A stretch of DNA of 64,000 bases from Eledone cirrhosa. Lineage: Eukaryota. This document shows, in pieces, positions 22,950-35,003 of the stretch. A model generated the notes under the pieces. That model was not told where the DNA came from. It made no database searches and saw only the letters and a program-made list of their open reading frames with translations. How positions within the stretch are numbered: the first letter of the stretch is position 1; each line of letters starts with the position of its first letter. A program made the translations under genes and the position numbers. The stretch spans positions 212,846,001 to 212,910,000 of the forward strand of contig OZ024740.1 of NCBI GenBank assembly GCA_964016885.1, written 5' to 3'.

Positions 22950-23787
22950 AAGAAGAATGCTCCGCTGGCTATCAAATAGGAGGTGAAATCCTATCAAATC
23001 TTAGCTATGCAGACGATCTGGCCATCATGAGTTACTCTAGAACTGATCTGCAAGACATTCTGAATGTACTGGTGAAACATTCGCAAGAGGCTGGCTTACG
23101 CATCATCATCTCCAAAACAAAGTGTATGACAACTGATGAAAACAATGTCAATCTACAACCAGCAAATTACTCAAGTTATAGAGTTTGTATATCTCAATCA
23201 CAAACTCTCATCAAACAACAATGGAATGGTTGCTGCGCAATATCGCATCGCTCTAGGTTGGGCAGCTTTCAACAAGAACAAGGAAGTACTAACATCAAAA
23301 TGAGTTTCCTATCATTTTAAGGCTAAGATCTTCGATACTTACATCCTACCAGTTGTGTTATATGGTCTTGACGGTGTTAAGTGGATGACAAGATCACTTC
23401 AGATGCTTTCTACATTCCAGAACCACATCATGAGACTTATAACTGACAAGCGGCTCAGCAACAGTATCTGTATCAGTGAGCTGCTCAACATTGCCAGACT
23501 TAGACCAATTACATCAATTGTCAAGTCGAGAGTACTCAAACTATACAGTCATATAAAAAGATCAACTCGTGGTGTGAGTAGGTTATGCCTGGAAGGATGG
23601 TGTGAGTAGGTTATGTCTGGAAGGAAGGTTGGCTGGTAAGAGAAACAGAGGCCGGCAGCGATGGCTTGATAATGTTGAATTATGGACTGGACTTGATCTT
23701 TGCTCTTTAAACTCTGCTGCTGGTGATCGAACTTTGTGGAGAAAAATATCTCATGTTGATGCGCAGTCTGCAACTGGCAGAGTTTAG
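22950..23787 (+). pseudogene. RTE-like LINE RT/C-terminal fragment
   Basis: LSYADDLAI, GLRI..SKTKCM, YILPVVLYG, LKLYSHIKR, LEGRLAGKRNRGRQRWLDNV. Confidence 0.7.
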
Positions 23788-23929
23788 CGTTAAAGTTGTG
23801 TGTGTGTGTGTGTGCGTGCGTGTAAAGTGGTCGTGTAGGTGTCACGACAAAAGACACCCAGTACACACTGTAAAGTGGTCATGCAGGTATCATGAAAAAA
23901 CGTACCCAGTACCCACTGTAAAGTGTTAG

Positions 23930-24119
23930 TGTATGTGTCAAGACAAAAAGCATGCTAAACCTCTGTAAATGTGGTTAGGAAGAGCATCCAGACGTAGAAA
24001 CCTAGCCGAAACCAGTTCAGTGTGAGCAAAACACGGTCCTCTGACCTGGATCTCTCACAGCGAGACAACATTTCCTACCCATTCTAGCGTGGAAAATGGA
24101 CGTTAAAAGATGATGATGA
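23930..24119 (+). mobile_element. SINE 3' portion with RTE-like tail
   Basis: GGTTAGGAAGAGCATCCAG..CCATTCTAGCGTGGAAAATGGACGTTAAAAGATGATGATGA, ending in a (GAT)n tail. Confidence 0.5.
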
Positions 24120-24213
24120 AATGTGAACATAGTAAAGGTGAGTATCATTGTTTTCAATTTACTGGAAAATATGTCTAAATACTAAAAATGTATAAATCTA
24201 TGTACTGTATATA

Positions 24214-24484
24214 TGGAGGTGTGTGGCCTAGTGGTAAGTTTGTTGACTTCCAATCATAATGTCGTGAGTTCGATTCCTAGGTTATGTGTTGTGTTGTGTT
24301 CTTGAGCAAGATACTTCATTTCACGTTGCTCCAACATACTCAGCTATAAATGAGTAGGAGCAATAGCTGGGGGTTTAACTCAGCGATGGACTGGAGTCTT
24401 GTCCAGTGGGGAGTCTTGTACTCTGTCACTTCACGCCATGAAACCAGGATAAGCACTGAGCTGATGAACCTCTTGGCCTGAGAC
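24214..24484 (+). mobile_element. tRNA-derived SINE with V-domain-like body
   Basis: A box TGGCCTAGTGG, B box GAGTTCGATTCC, then GTGTTCTTGAGCAAGATACTT and GCGATGGACTGG..GTCCAGTGGGG..GAAACCAGGATAAGC. Confidence 0.7.
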
Positions 24485-24872
24485 ATATATATAAATGTAT
24501 ATGTTGACCATGGGTTACAAACACGTGACCTGCAGGTCTGTAAACTACATTTCTATGACTCGCCACAGGATAATTTGTGTGTCTAATGAAGGAAAATTTG
24601 AAAGGAAAAATTTGAAAGGAAAAATTTGAAAGGAAAAATTTCACAATGTATTTGTCTCACAACATTTTGTACAAATTTACATATCCCATACCTGCATACA
24701 CACACACACACGCGCGCAGACACACACACAGACATGTGTATTTATTTTATATTTTAGATTAGCATTAAGTGAACCACCTGTTTAGCTTTTGTTCTTTTTA
24801 TTTTCATTTATCCTCACATTTATCCATTGTGTTGTATGTCTACCTCAGTAGCAGTGTGAAAACACACACACA

Positions 24873-24945
<73 letters not shown>

Positions 24946-24977
24946 ACACATACCAGAATATAATAGATCCTGAACAA

Positions 24978-25587
24978 GTAATGCCAGTGCTTTGAAGCTT
25001 TTTGTGGGGAAAAGCCTTGCACTCGACCAATCCCACTCTCTGAGCATCGAAAACATTACTCAAAAAGGAGAACTGGTCAACATCATCGGATGCTTCCGAA
25101 GCCGCAGGTATTTGTTTCAGAGTTTCTCTCTCCTAGAAAGGTGTTGTGACAATAACTGGGGGCCTTTCACTCCCAGGTGAAAAAAACAAACAAACTACTA
25201 TTTGGATGGCCGTTGACTCTGCCGAGTTCCTTCGCCCTTTGCCAGGTCTTGTATTTCATCCCGTAGGATGTCCAAATATCACCCTCCTCACCAAACAAGC
25301 TTGGTGGGTTGCCAGTTTAGTCGCCGTTGACCAGACCATGAGACATGTTGTACTGAGTTACATGTTACCAGTAGCACTCGAGTGCAACCTACATACATAT
25401 ATAGATACATACATGATGGCTGCATATATACACATGCATACGTGTATATACATATTTACACATTTTTGGATGGTCGTGGGGAGTTCTTCCGCCCTTTGTC
25501 AGGTTTTGTTTTTTGTCCTACAGGGTGTCTAAACTAACCCTCCTCACCAAGTAAACTTGGTGGGGTTGCCTGTTGAGTCATCGATGG
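24978..25587 (-). mobile_element. RTE 5'UTR-derived repeat fragments
   Basis: 24978-25175 is homologous to 32050-32270 and 34025-34213 (minus-strand CTAGGAGA..AAACTCTGA motif). 25200-25390 is partly duplicated at 25470-25587. Confidence 0.55.
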
Positions 25588-28100
25588 CCCCTTGTCCTTT
25601 CTGCTCAAGAAATGTGAAGGATATATCATTGGCTCATAGGAGGACAGAAATACGAACTTAACCCATAATTTCTTTGTGGATGACCTGAAACACTATGCCA
25701 AGAATATAGATGGGTTGAAGAAAAATCTTGACCTGGTTACAACATTCTCAAAGGATATAGAAATGGAGTTTGGCCAAGATAAATGTTCATATATGACTGT
25801 GAAGCTGGGAAAAACTACAACCCAATCTAGCAACATTATCATCAATGGCCTAACTGTTTCACCGATATCTGATGAGGTCTGCTACAGAAACCTGGGGATA
25901 GATGAGAACATATCCTATAATGGTATCTGTAATAAGGAACGCGTGACCAGGGAATACTACACTCGAGTAAGAAAGATTTGGTCTTCGGAACTCTCTGCGC
26001 AAAACAAAACAGTGGCTCACAATGTATTTGCTGTGCCTGTCCTAACACCAACGTTTGGAATACTCAATTGGACGATAGACGAAATCCGAGCAGTTGATGT
26101 TGGAACTCGAAAAATACTAAACAACACCGGAAACTTCCCCATCAGCAGTGACATAGACCGCCTTTACTTTAAACGTAAGCAGGGAGGCAGAAGCCTAACA
26201 TCAGTCCAGACAGCATTTGAATGTCGCATCATATCTCTCCGACAACATCTACGAACCTCGAAGCGTAGGAGCCCGTCTCTCGAGCAAGTCTATCTGCATG
26301 AAACAGATAAGATCATGAGAGTTGAGAAAGAACTCCTCGAGAGATATTCCCTGTGTGATAATCAAAATCTCACACCTAGGGAAGTCGCTCAGCAGTATCG
26401 CAGTGAATCCATGAATGAAAAACTGCATGCTTATCAGCAAAAAAATCATGCATTGATATGTTGCCAGGAAGCTCCAGAGTGAAAGTAATATAGATAAGGA
26501 AAGTAGTCTATCTTGGACCAACAACCTCTATATTGGCTCCAATTTGAAGGATACGCTTTTGCAATCCAAGAACAGGAAATTAACACGAAATACCTGATTC
26601 ACAAATGAGATATGGATGCACGCAAAACACCTAGATGTGATAACAAGTGCAGACTCTGCAGAACTAACATCGAAGATATCATCACCCATGTCATAAGCAG
26701 CTGTCCAAAGATGTCATCGCGGTACTATCTACCTATGAGGCATGGTGTAGTGGCCAAAACACTGTACAATGCAATCCGTAAAAAAGATAGCCCCGATAAT
26801 AAACACATTAAAAGCTACAGCAATGTGGAAGACATCCATGTACATAATATGAAAGAGTACTGGTGGTATGTTCCAGTAAAACCCCAATAACATGCAGGCA
26901 TAAGAGACCAGATATTATGAAATTGATCAGAGAGAGAAAAGCATGTACAGTAGTGGAAATTAGCTGCCCAGCAGATGCCAATATAATATCAAAGATTAGC
27001 GAAAAGGAGAATATTATGCAGAACTGATGAGAAATCTGCAGATACTCCACCCTGATTATACCTTCAGATTTATGCCTGTGCTTATTGGGGCACTTGGGTA
27101 TGCTAATAACTGCCTCAATACAAATCTTGAGAAGCTAGGTTTCACAGGAACAGAAAGAACACAACTAGTTAGGAAATTACAAGTACAATCCATTAATGGA
27201 ACAGTAAAAATATGTAAAACATTCCAAAAATGTTGCATCTAATAACTGCATATACACATGCACACATACAACTCAAAACATATGTAGCGAATATTCCGGT
27301 TGTAACGGATAAGTGGATAGATGGAATTGTTGGTATGAAGGTTTCAAATCAAAGAATAATACCAGGATTGTGTTGTTACAATGTTTATTTTATCATAACA
27401 ATATTCAATTTGAATATTGAATGATAAAATCTATAACATGAAATATTCGTACAATAAGTAGGTGGCTCTTCGAGCCACGTAAATACAAGTATCACAGAAT
27501 ACGATTATAATATAATTTGTATTGTATCTGAAAGATACAATGTGACAAACAGAAATGGTGCATGTAAAATGCAAACGGTGTGAACTTACTATGTGTGCGT
27601 GTGTGCGTATTAGTATATTTTCTTGTTTTAGCAGTAGTAGTAATCACTCAGTCAGGCGTGTAAGGCGTGTGAGAAATAGTGGACAGACGTTTTTCATGAA
27701 GGGAGATTTGATAGACGAGGTGAAATGTCCGTTCTTGTCTGTGGTAACACTTTTTCTGCCGGGGCGTAAACAACCCCTGTATTTATAACTGTTGAAGTTA
27801 GAAGGATAGATATATCCTCTGACCTTTGGTTAGAATCTCCCAAGGGGTTGGTCTGCCGGGCGTAAACAACTAACCACGGCTTGTCCCAGAGGCGGGAAAG
27901 CTCAGATTCGGTTTCGAATCTTCGCAGCTGTTATGCATACACATCCACACATAAAATAACATCCATATCTACTCATACATGCATACATAATCTACCTAGT
28001 TGATGTTGTGTAAATTCCAATGAGAGAGTATTGTGTCTATCTTACAAACCGATTCTCTCTCTATTGGGAAAAATGTTGTGAAATTATAAAACCAGAAGAA
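25588..28100 (+). mobile_element. R4/Dong-like RLE LINE, 3' half (RT end, CCHC finger, RLE, 3'UTR)
   Basis: Near-identical to the reverse complement of 19614-20240. FVDDLK, AIQEQEI, CRLC..EDIITHVISSC, RH.VVAKTL, RPDI, VEISCP, PVLIGALG. Ends in (CATA)n. Confidence 0.85.
27283..27937. mobile_element. ~655-bp insertion in the Dong-like 3'UTR, solo-LTR-like
   Basis: Absent from the sister 3'UTR at ~34600. Begins TGTAGCGAATATTC and ends ..GAATCTTCGC..TGCA. Internal direct repeat CTGCCGGG(G)CGTAAACAAC. Confidence 0.5.
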
Positions 28101-28117
28101 CATACATACATACATAT

Positions 28118-31100
28118 ATGATGGCTGCCCCCTCGTTATCGAGTATGGCCATTGCACGAGGAGAAAGAAGAAAAAAAAAATAATAATAATAATAAATAAA
28201 TAAAAAATAAATAAATAAAAATAATAAAAAAAATATATATATATACATATACATACACATATACACACACACACACTCACACACAAATATACACACACAT
28301 ACATTAATAACAATAATAATAATCATAACAATAATAATAACGACAACAACAATAATAATATACATATACATATATATATACACACACACGCACACACATA
28401 AGCATATCTACACACACACACACACGCGATAGCAACTAACAGCGCTGCGATCGAATGTGGCTTTTTAGCCCAGCCAATGATCTAAAATGTCTTGCACAGA
28501 GTCGGCAACCAAAACATTCACTGGGAATAGTCGGCTGTGGTTGGAGTTCGTGTACTTTTGCATGTCGCTTGAGCCCTCCTGCTGATTTACATTCTCTACC
28601 ACATGTTTGGCAAGCATGATGAGTAGCATCTCCAACAGCAGCCTGGTAGTCAACCACTGGTCTCCCTTTATGACTTCGAAGATGACTTTCGAGTCCAGCT
28701 TTGCTTAGGCAGAGTCTCGCACAGACGTTGCATGTCAGCACCATAGGAGGACCCTCGCCGTCCGGAAGTGCAACAGCAATGCCCTTCCTCACATCCCGCT
28801 TTACTTTCTCGTATGCGATTCGAGATGCCTCAAAGGCAACTTTTCCCTCATATACAGTCTTTCTCCATTTATTACGATCAGCAGCAATATTCTCCCATGT
28901 ATCAGCAGAGATGTTAGCGTCTTTCAGAGAGGCTTTCAAGGAATCCTTATACCTCTTTTTTGGTTTATGTGGCGGTAGTTTTCCTTTAACCAACTCTCCA
29001 TAAAAGAGTTGTTTTGGTATTCTAGAATCGGAGTCGTTGCTTAAGCACAAGAGCTTCTATACTGTCACACATAGAGCTTTCCAAAATCTCGACATCACTG
29101 ATGTGGTCCCTCCAGTGAACGCCATGGATCCGTCTGAGACACATCTGATGGAAACGCTCCAATTGCTTAAGGTGGTGTCGATATGTGACCCAGGTCTCGC
29201 AGGCATAAAGAAGACAAGAGAGCACACATGCCCTGTACACCTTTACCTTTGTCCTCCTGCATATATCTCGCCGACCCCAGAGTCGCCTTTCTAGCTTTCC
29301 GAAAGCATCACTTGCTTTCCTAATCCTAAGTGAGATTTCACTGTCAAGGTTGCTGTATCGATTGACAGTGCTTCCCAGGTAGACAAACTGATCAACCACT
29401 CCAAGTCGTTTGCCATACACATAGATGTTTGGTTCAGTGTACTGCTTACCAGGGGCAGGTTGGTACATGACGACGATTTTCTTGAGACTGACAGTCAGAC
29501 CTAGGGCAGTGCAAGCGTCAGAAAATGTATTCAAAATGTGTTGCATATCACTCTCTGTGTGCGCTACAAGATCGCAATCATCTGCATACAAGAGGTCTCT
29601 TATGATTGATGTAAATACTTTTGTCTTCGCAGCAAAGCGCCTGATGTTAAATATGCTGCCTGAGGTTCGATATCGGATGTAAACACCATGCTCGTAATTC
29701 CTGAATGCAATACAGAAAACCATTGCAAAGTATATGGCAAACAGGGTCGGTGCTGGAATATCCCCCTGTTTCACTCCATTTTTTACTGAGATAGGCTCCG
29801 ACATGTTACCCCCGACATTAACCCAAGCCTTCATGTCGTCATGGAAAGACCTAACTAAAGCAAGGAACTTATCAGGGCAACCAAGTTTCTGGAGAACCTT
29901 CCATAATGCATCTCTGTTAACAGTATCGAAAGCTTTTGTCAGATCGACAAAAACCTGATACAGATCCAAGCCTTGTTCCATGCACTTCTCCTGGAGCTGT
30001 CTAGCTGAGAAGATCATATCAGTAGTGCCGCGTCCAGCACGAAAACCAGATTGACTTTCAGGAAGAACACAATCTGCAATGTGTGTCAGCAGACGGTCCA
30101 GAAGCACCCTACATAAAACTTTCCCTACGACAGAAAGCAATGATATACCTCTGTAGTTCCCACAATCGTTCCTGTTACCCTTTCCCTTGTACAAGACCAC
30201 CATTACTGCATCTCTCCAGTCCTCAGGTACGGATTCATTAGCCCATATCCTGCCAAACAAAGAGTGAAGATGTTGCAGGAGTCTCTCACCACCATATTGT
30301 AGGAGCTCAGCATGTATGCCATCCATACCTGGAGACCTTCCACTGTTCAGCTTCGAAATAGCCACTGCAACCTCCACAAGCGTCGGAGGTTCTGCGAGAG
30401 CTACTTTCACAGGACTTTCTGGAATGAGATTGAGGAAATCTTCACTGACGACAGACGGCTGATTCAAAAGATCATCAAAGTGTTCTCGCCACCTTCGTAG
30501 AATTCCTTGTGAGTCACGAAGAAGTTCTTTGCCATCCTTGCTGCGAAGCGGTGTCACCAGAGAAGAAGACGGTCCATAAACCTCACGCAAGAGACTGTAC
30601 AACAGCTTTGTGTTATTGGAATCAGACGCAGTTTGTATCTCACCAGCCTTCTCACTCCACCACTGATCCTTCATCTGAGAAAGACTCCGCCTAACATGTG
30701 ATTTTACATCCCTGAGTTCCTCATGCAACGTATTCCTCTCCTGTGGTTTTGCCGTCAAGTAGCGTGACAGAGCACGCCTCTTATCAGCCAACAAGTCTTC
30801 TATATGTACATCATTCTCATCAAACCAGTCCTGATGTTTCCTCTGCGCCAATCCCAGAACACGCCTGCCTACATCATAAACCGACTTTTTAAGGGTCGGC
30901 CAATCCTCACCAAGATCTGCAGCCTGCATCTCTTCTTCCAATGTCCTCTTCACATTTTTATCCTTAAGACGAGCAGCATTCAATCTTTTGGGCAGGGCAA
31001 CACCAGGAGCCCGGATTTTACGTTTAGTGATTAGTTTCACTTTTGCGCGTACCAGGCGGTGGTCCGTCCAGCACTCAGCTCCACGAAGAACACGAACACA

Positions 31101-32275
31101 CTGCACATCCTGTCTGTCACGCATCCTGACTAGGACGTAGTCCAAAAGATGCCATTCCTTAGATGCAGGATGCATCCATGTGGTCTTGAATTTGTTCTTT
31201 TGTTGGAACATGGTGTTGGTAACACACAGATCCAGCTCCTCACACATCTGCAGCAGGAGCATACCATTGCTGTTACACTTTCCCACCCCATGCTTTCCGA
31301 TTACATTCCATATGTTAAAATCCCTACCCACTCTAGCATTAAAGTCACCAAGCACGATGACTTTGTCTGCCTGAGGGATATTTCTTAAAACACCTTTCAA
31401 AGCATGGTAAAAGGACACCTTTTCCTCATCGACAGAACTCATAGTTGGAGTATACACACTCACCAGGGTAGCATATCTTCCCTTGTCCAGCGGAACTCTC
31501 ATGGACATAAGACGCTCACTAATCCCTACTGGGAATTCTTCTAATTTGTTCACAAGCACAGTCTTAACAGCAAATCCTACCCCAGCCTCTCTTCTGGTTC
31601 CTTCATCTCTTCCTTTCCAGAAGAATGTATATTCTCCACAAAATTCCGTAAGATGACCATCTCCAGCTAGCCTCGTCTCAGATAAAGCCAAGATGTCAAG
31701 ATCGTAACGTCGAAGCTCCTTTGCAACAAGAGCGGTCCTTCGTTCAGGACGCCCCAAGGAATCCCTGTCAAGCAGCGTCCGTACGTTCCAGCAGCCAAGA
31801 CTAAATGCCTTGTTTGGCTCTATTACAATGGCACGATGACGAGCGGGCCCAGGCTGTGATAACCTGGGGCCCCTGCCCTTATTGCCAATGATCTTTTTTG
31901 TTCCAGAACCTAAATTGCCAATTATCTCTTTTATATTGTTCTGGAACATCATTGAATTGGAAAAAAAAACAAAAAGTAATAATAATAGTAATAATAATAA
32001 TAATAATAATAATAGTACACTATTAATAATTATTAATGCACTCGTGCAATGCCTGTGCGTGACGAATATTTTTAAAGTGAGGAAAGACTGTGCACTGAGC
32101 TAATCCCACTCTCTGAGCGACAGTAGCTATAATCCGAAAAGAAGAAAAGATCAACATCATCGGTAACTACTGAGCCGCAGGTTTTATGTCGGAGTTAACC
32201 CAGTTTCCTGAGATGCCTTCTCCTAGAAGAATGCCCTGACAGGGGCTAGGAGTTCTTCACTGCGAGTGGTTTAAC
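28118..32275 (-). mobile_element. Near full-length RTE-clade (BovB-like) LINE
   Basis: 5'UTR motif CTAGGAGAAGG (~32220), single APE-RT ORF, microsatellite-rich 3'UTR, terminal stem-loop CTCG-ATAA-CGAG..GCAGCCATC and (ATGT)n tail. Confidence 0.88.
28436..31952 (-). pseudogene. RTE ORF: APE endonuclease + RT + C-terminal C2H2 zinc fingers; one frameshifting deletion near 29035
   Basis: 976-aa open frame with GCWNVRTL, LSETRL, GDFNARVG, TDHRLV, NYRGISLLS, DLTKAFD, GVKQGD, LYADD. Continues in 28436-29050 (DSRIPKQLFYGEL; three CxxC..H fingers). True start codon uncertain. Confidence 0.9.
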
Positions 32276-32450
32276 TGCGCGATCGGGCATCCAGCCCGAT
32301 TATTTCTATGTCCCCGTGCAAAAAAAAAAAAAGAAAAAAAAAATCACTTATTGACACTTATACGTACGACACACACGCGCGCATACATATGCGCGCACAC
32401 AGCAACACTCATACATACAAACAAACACACACACGCTACTCTACTCACTT

Positions 32451-32486
<36 letters not shown>

Positions 32487-32619
32487 TACCGTCATTACTG
32501 ATACAAGATTACAAGATTATGTCAACTGTTGACTTTCAAGAGTTTGTATAGTTGAAGCCGATCGTATTACAGTCCAATATTATTATAATTGCTTTACAGC
32601 ATAGAGTCACGGCCCTCCA

Positions 32620-32745
32620 CGCTCTGAGCTCAAATCCCGCTGAGGTCAACCTTGCCTTTCATCCCCACGGAGTCAACAAAAGAGAGTACCAGTAATACGC
32701 TGAGACAGTCGCTGGATCCGTGCCAAAAGCAGAAAAATTATTATT
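32620..32745 (+). mobile_element. Degenerate partial SINE (same family as 535-729)
   Basis: CTGAGCTCAAATCCCGCTGAGGTCAACCTTGCCTTTCATCC..GTACCAGTAAT..GTGCCAAAAGCAGAAAAATTATTA. Confidence 0.7.
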
Positions 32746-33811
32746 AAAGTTGTTTTCTTAAGGCCCGGTCGCTGATGATGGTGATGGCGGCGGCGGTAGT
32801 GGTGGTGGTGGCAGTTGATGTTGTTGTTGTGTTGTGTGCGTGTGTGTGTGTGTTTTGTTATTTTGAGTTTTTTTGTTTTTTTTCTCCTTTTTTTTCCCTT
32901 CCCTTTCTTTTTTTTTTAATCTTTTGATGCCGCTGTTGTTGTTGTTGTTGTTGTAAATGTTCATTTCAATTCATTCTGAAGCTGTTGTTGCTGTAAACAT
33001 TAGTGCCGGTGTTGTTGGTTGTTGTTGTAGATGTTGGGGTTGAAATCTGGTCGTTTGACTGAGTGATGTATATACACACATATACATATATATATATATA
33101 ATCCATTCATTTCATTTATTGATTTATTGATAATTTATCTGAGTGTCCCGAATCTTCCATATCGAACTTATCGGTTATTTGGTTGATTGTAGACATATTC
33201 TACGTGTGACGGTATTTAACGATAGTTATAGCTCTAATTTATTTGAATTATAGAGCCCTCTGCCGCTCATCTCGAATTTTGTTTATCGTTAACTTGTGCG
33301 CCGATTTTTCGATACTCGATTATTCTACTATAATCACATTCAACAGAGAGTAGAGAGTTTGACAACAGGTCGATGACTTTAGTCTAGATAGGGTAATGAC
33401 ATGTGATGGTGGGGAGAGAGTGTAGAAGTTATTGTGGTGGTGGGGGACAGTGAGGTGTATCTAGTTCATTTGACCGTTTTCTTCTCTTTGCAAAATTTGA
33501 ATTTTAACCATGTTATATTGAGATGTAAGTAAATGTAAAATGTAAAATATAAATAAGGATTGCTCTGCTAAAATATACAAAAATATTTGTGTAACTTCCA
33601 CAAAATTCTGTCGTGACATTCCCGAGTCCAGTGACCAACAAATTGTTGTATTTTGATGTTTCAGGATACAAAATTAATTAAAAACTTACCTCACGAAAAG
33701 ACAGCGTGTGTTGTCCTATCTATAAGCTCCCTCACATACATATATACATACATACATACATACATACATACATACATACATACATACATACATACATACA
33801 TACATACATAC

Positions 33812-34213
33812 ATGGTGGCTGCCAACTCGTTTTCGAGTACGGCCACTACTTTATATCCATGTGGGAGAACCCCTACCGATGCACTGAACGAGTGTGACTT
33901 TTTAGTCCAGCCAGCGACTTGAAAACTCTGGTACAAACACTACACTTGTGACAATTATTGACACATAGTGCTGGGCCCATGGTACCATGTGACGACAAGT
34001 GCAGAGAGATCTCCAGATATAAAGCAATGCCTGTGCCGTGAAGCTTTTATAGTGAGCAAAGGCACTGCACAAAGCCAGTCCCACTCTCTTAACCAAGATG
34101 ATATTTACCAAAAAGAAGAACAAGTCAACATCATTGGATACCATCAGGGTTGCAGGTGTTATATCAGAGTTTTCCTTCTCCTAGAATTCTGCCTTGACAA
34201 AGGCTAAGGGGTC
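33812..34213 (-). mobile_element. Bipartite non-autonomous RTE derivative (5'UTR + 3' terminus) within (TACA)n
   Basis: 34025-34213 matches RTE 5'UTR 32050-32270. 33812-33845 (GGCCGTACTCGAAAACGAGTTGGCAGCCACC on minus) matches RTE 3' end 28120-28152. No ORF between. Confidence 0.65.
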
Positions 34214-34281
34214 ATACATACATACATACATACATACATACATACATACATACATACATACATACATACATACATACATAC

Positions 34282-34714
34282 AAGGCATGCACAGTAGTGG
34301 AAGTCAGTTGCCCAGAAGACGTTAATATAATACTAAAGATCAGTGAAAAGGAGAATATTTATGCTGATCTAAAGAGGAATCTGCAGATACTCCACCCCGA
34401 CCAAAACTTTTAGATTTATTCGAGTGATCATTGGGTCTCTGGGATATGTTACTGAACCAGAATGAGTATGGCTAACTGGGAAGTTGCAAGTACCGTCCAT
34501 TAATGGAACAGTAAAAATATGTAAAATATTCTAAAAATTCAGTATGTAATAACTGCATATACACACACATAGATTCAGAAACATGCATGTATACAACTCA
34601 AAACATACAGATCCACACATGCAATAGCATCCGTATGTGCATATATATACACACGCATTTACCTAGTTGATATCTAAATTCCAATGAAAGAGTCTTGTTG
34701 CTCTGTTAGAAACC

Positions 34715-34765
<51 letters not shown>

Positions 34766-35003
34766 GGTGAAAAGTTTATAAAATAATTGTTTCAACTTTT
34801 GGCACAAGGCCAGCAATCACCCAGTGCATTACTGGTACTTTATTTTATTGACCCCCGTAAAGATGAATGGCAAAGTTAACCTCGGCGGGATTTGAACTCA
34901 GAATGGAAAGGGGCGTAACTCTATGCGTCAAAGTATGGCTTCCGACCCTCTACTGATACTGCCAATCCACCGCCCTTTTATAAAATAATAAAACCAGAAG
35001 AGC
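34282..35003 (+). mobile_element. 5'-truncated R4/Dong-like LINE (RLE end + 3'UTR)
   Basis: Homologous to 26940-28100 (TVVEVSCP.D.NI..KISEKENIY). Preceded by (TACA)n, followed by TA/TACA repeats. Confidence 0.8.
34787..34976 (-). mobile_element. Full SINE inserted in the Dong-like 3'UTR
   Basis: Same family as 535-729; TTTATAAAATAA is duplicated on both sides (TSD). Confidence 0.85.

Noticed and set aside
25215-25390. HDV-like ribozyme in RTE 5'UTR-type sequence (GGCGAA motif; also the hairpin at 31845-31872)
   Set aside because: I could not build a convincing nested double pseudoknot by eye; it needs a descriptor or covariance search.
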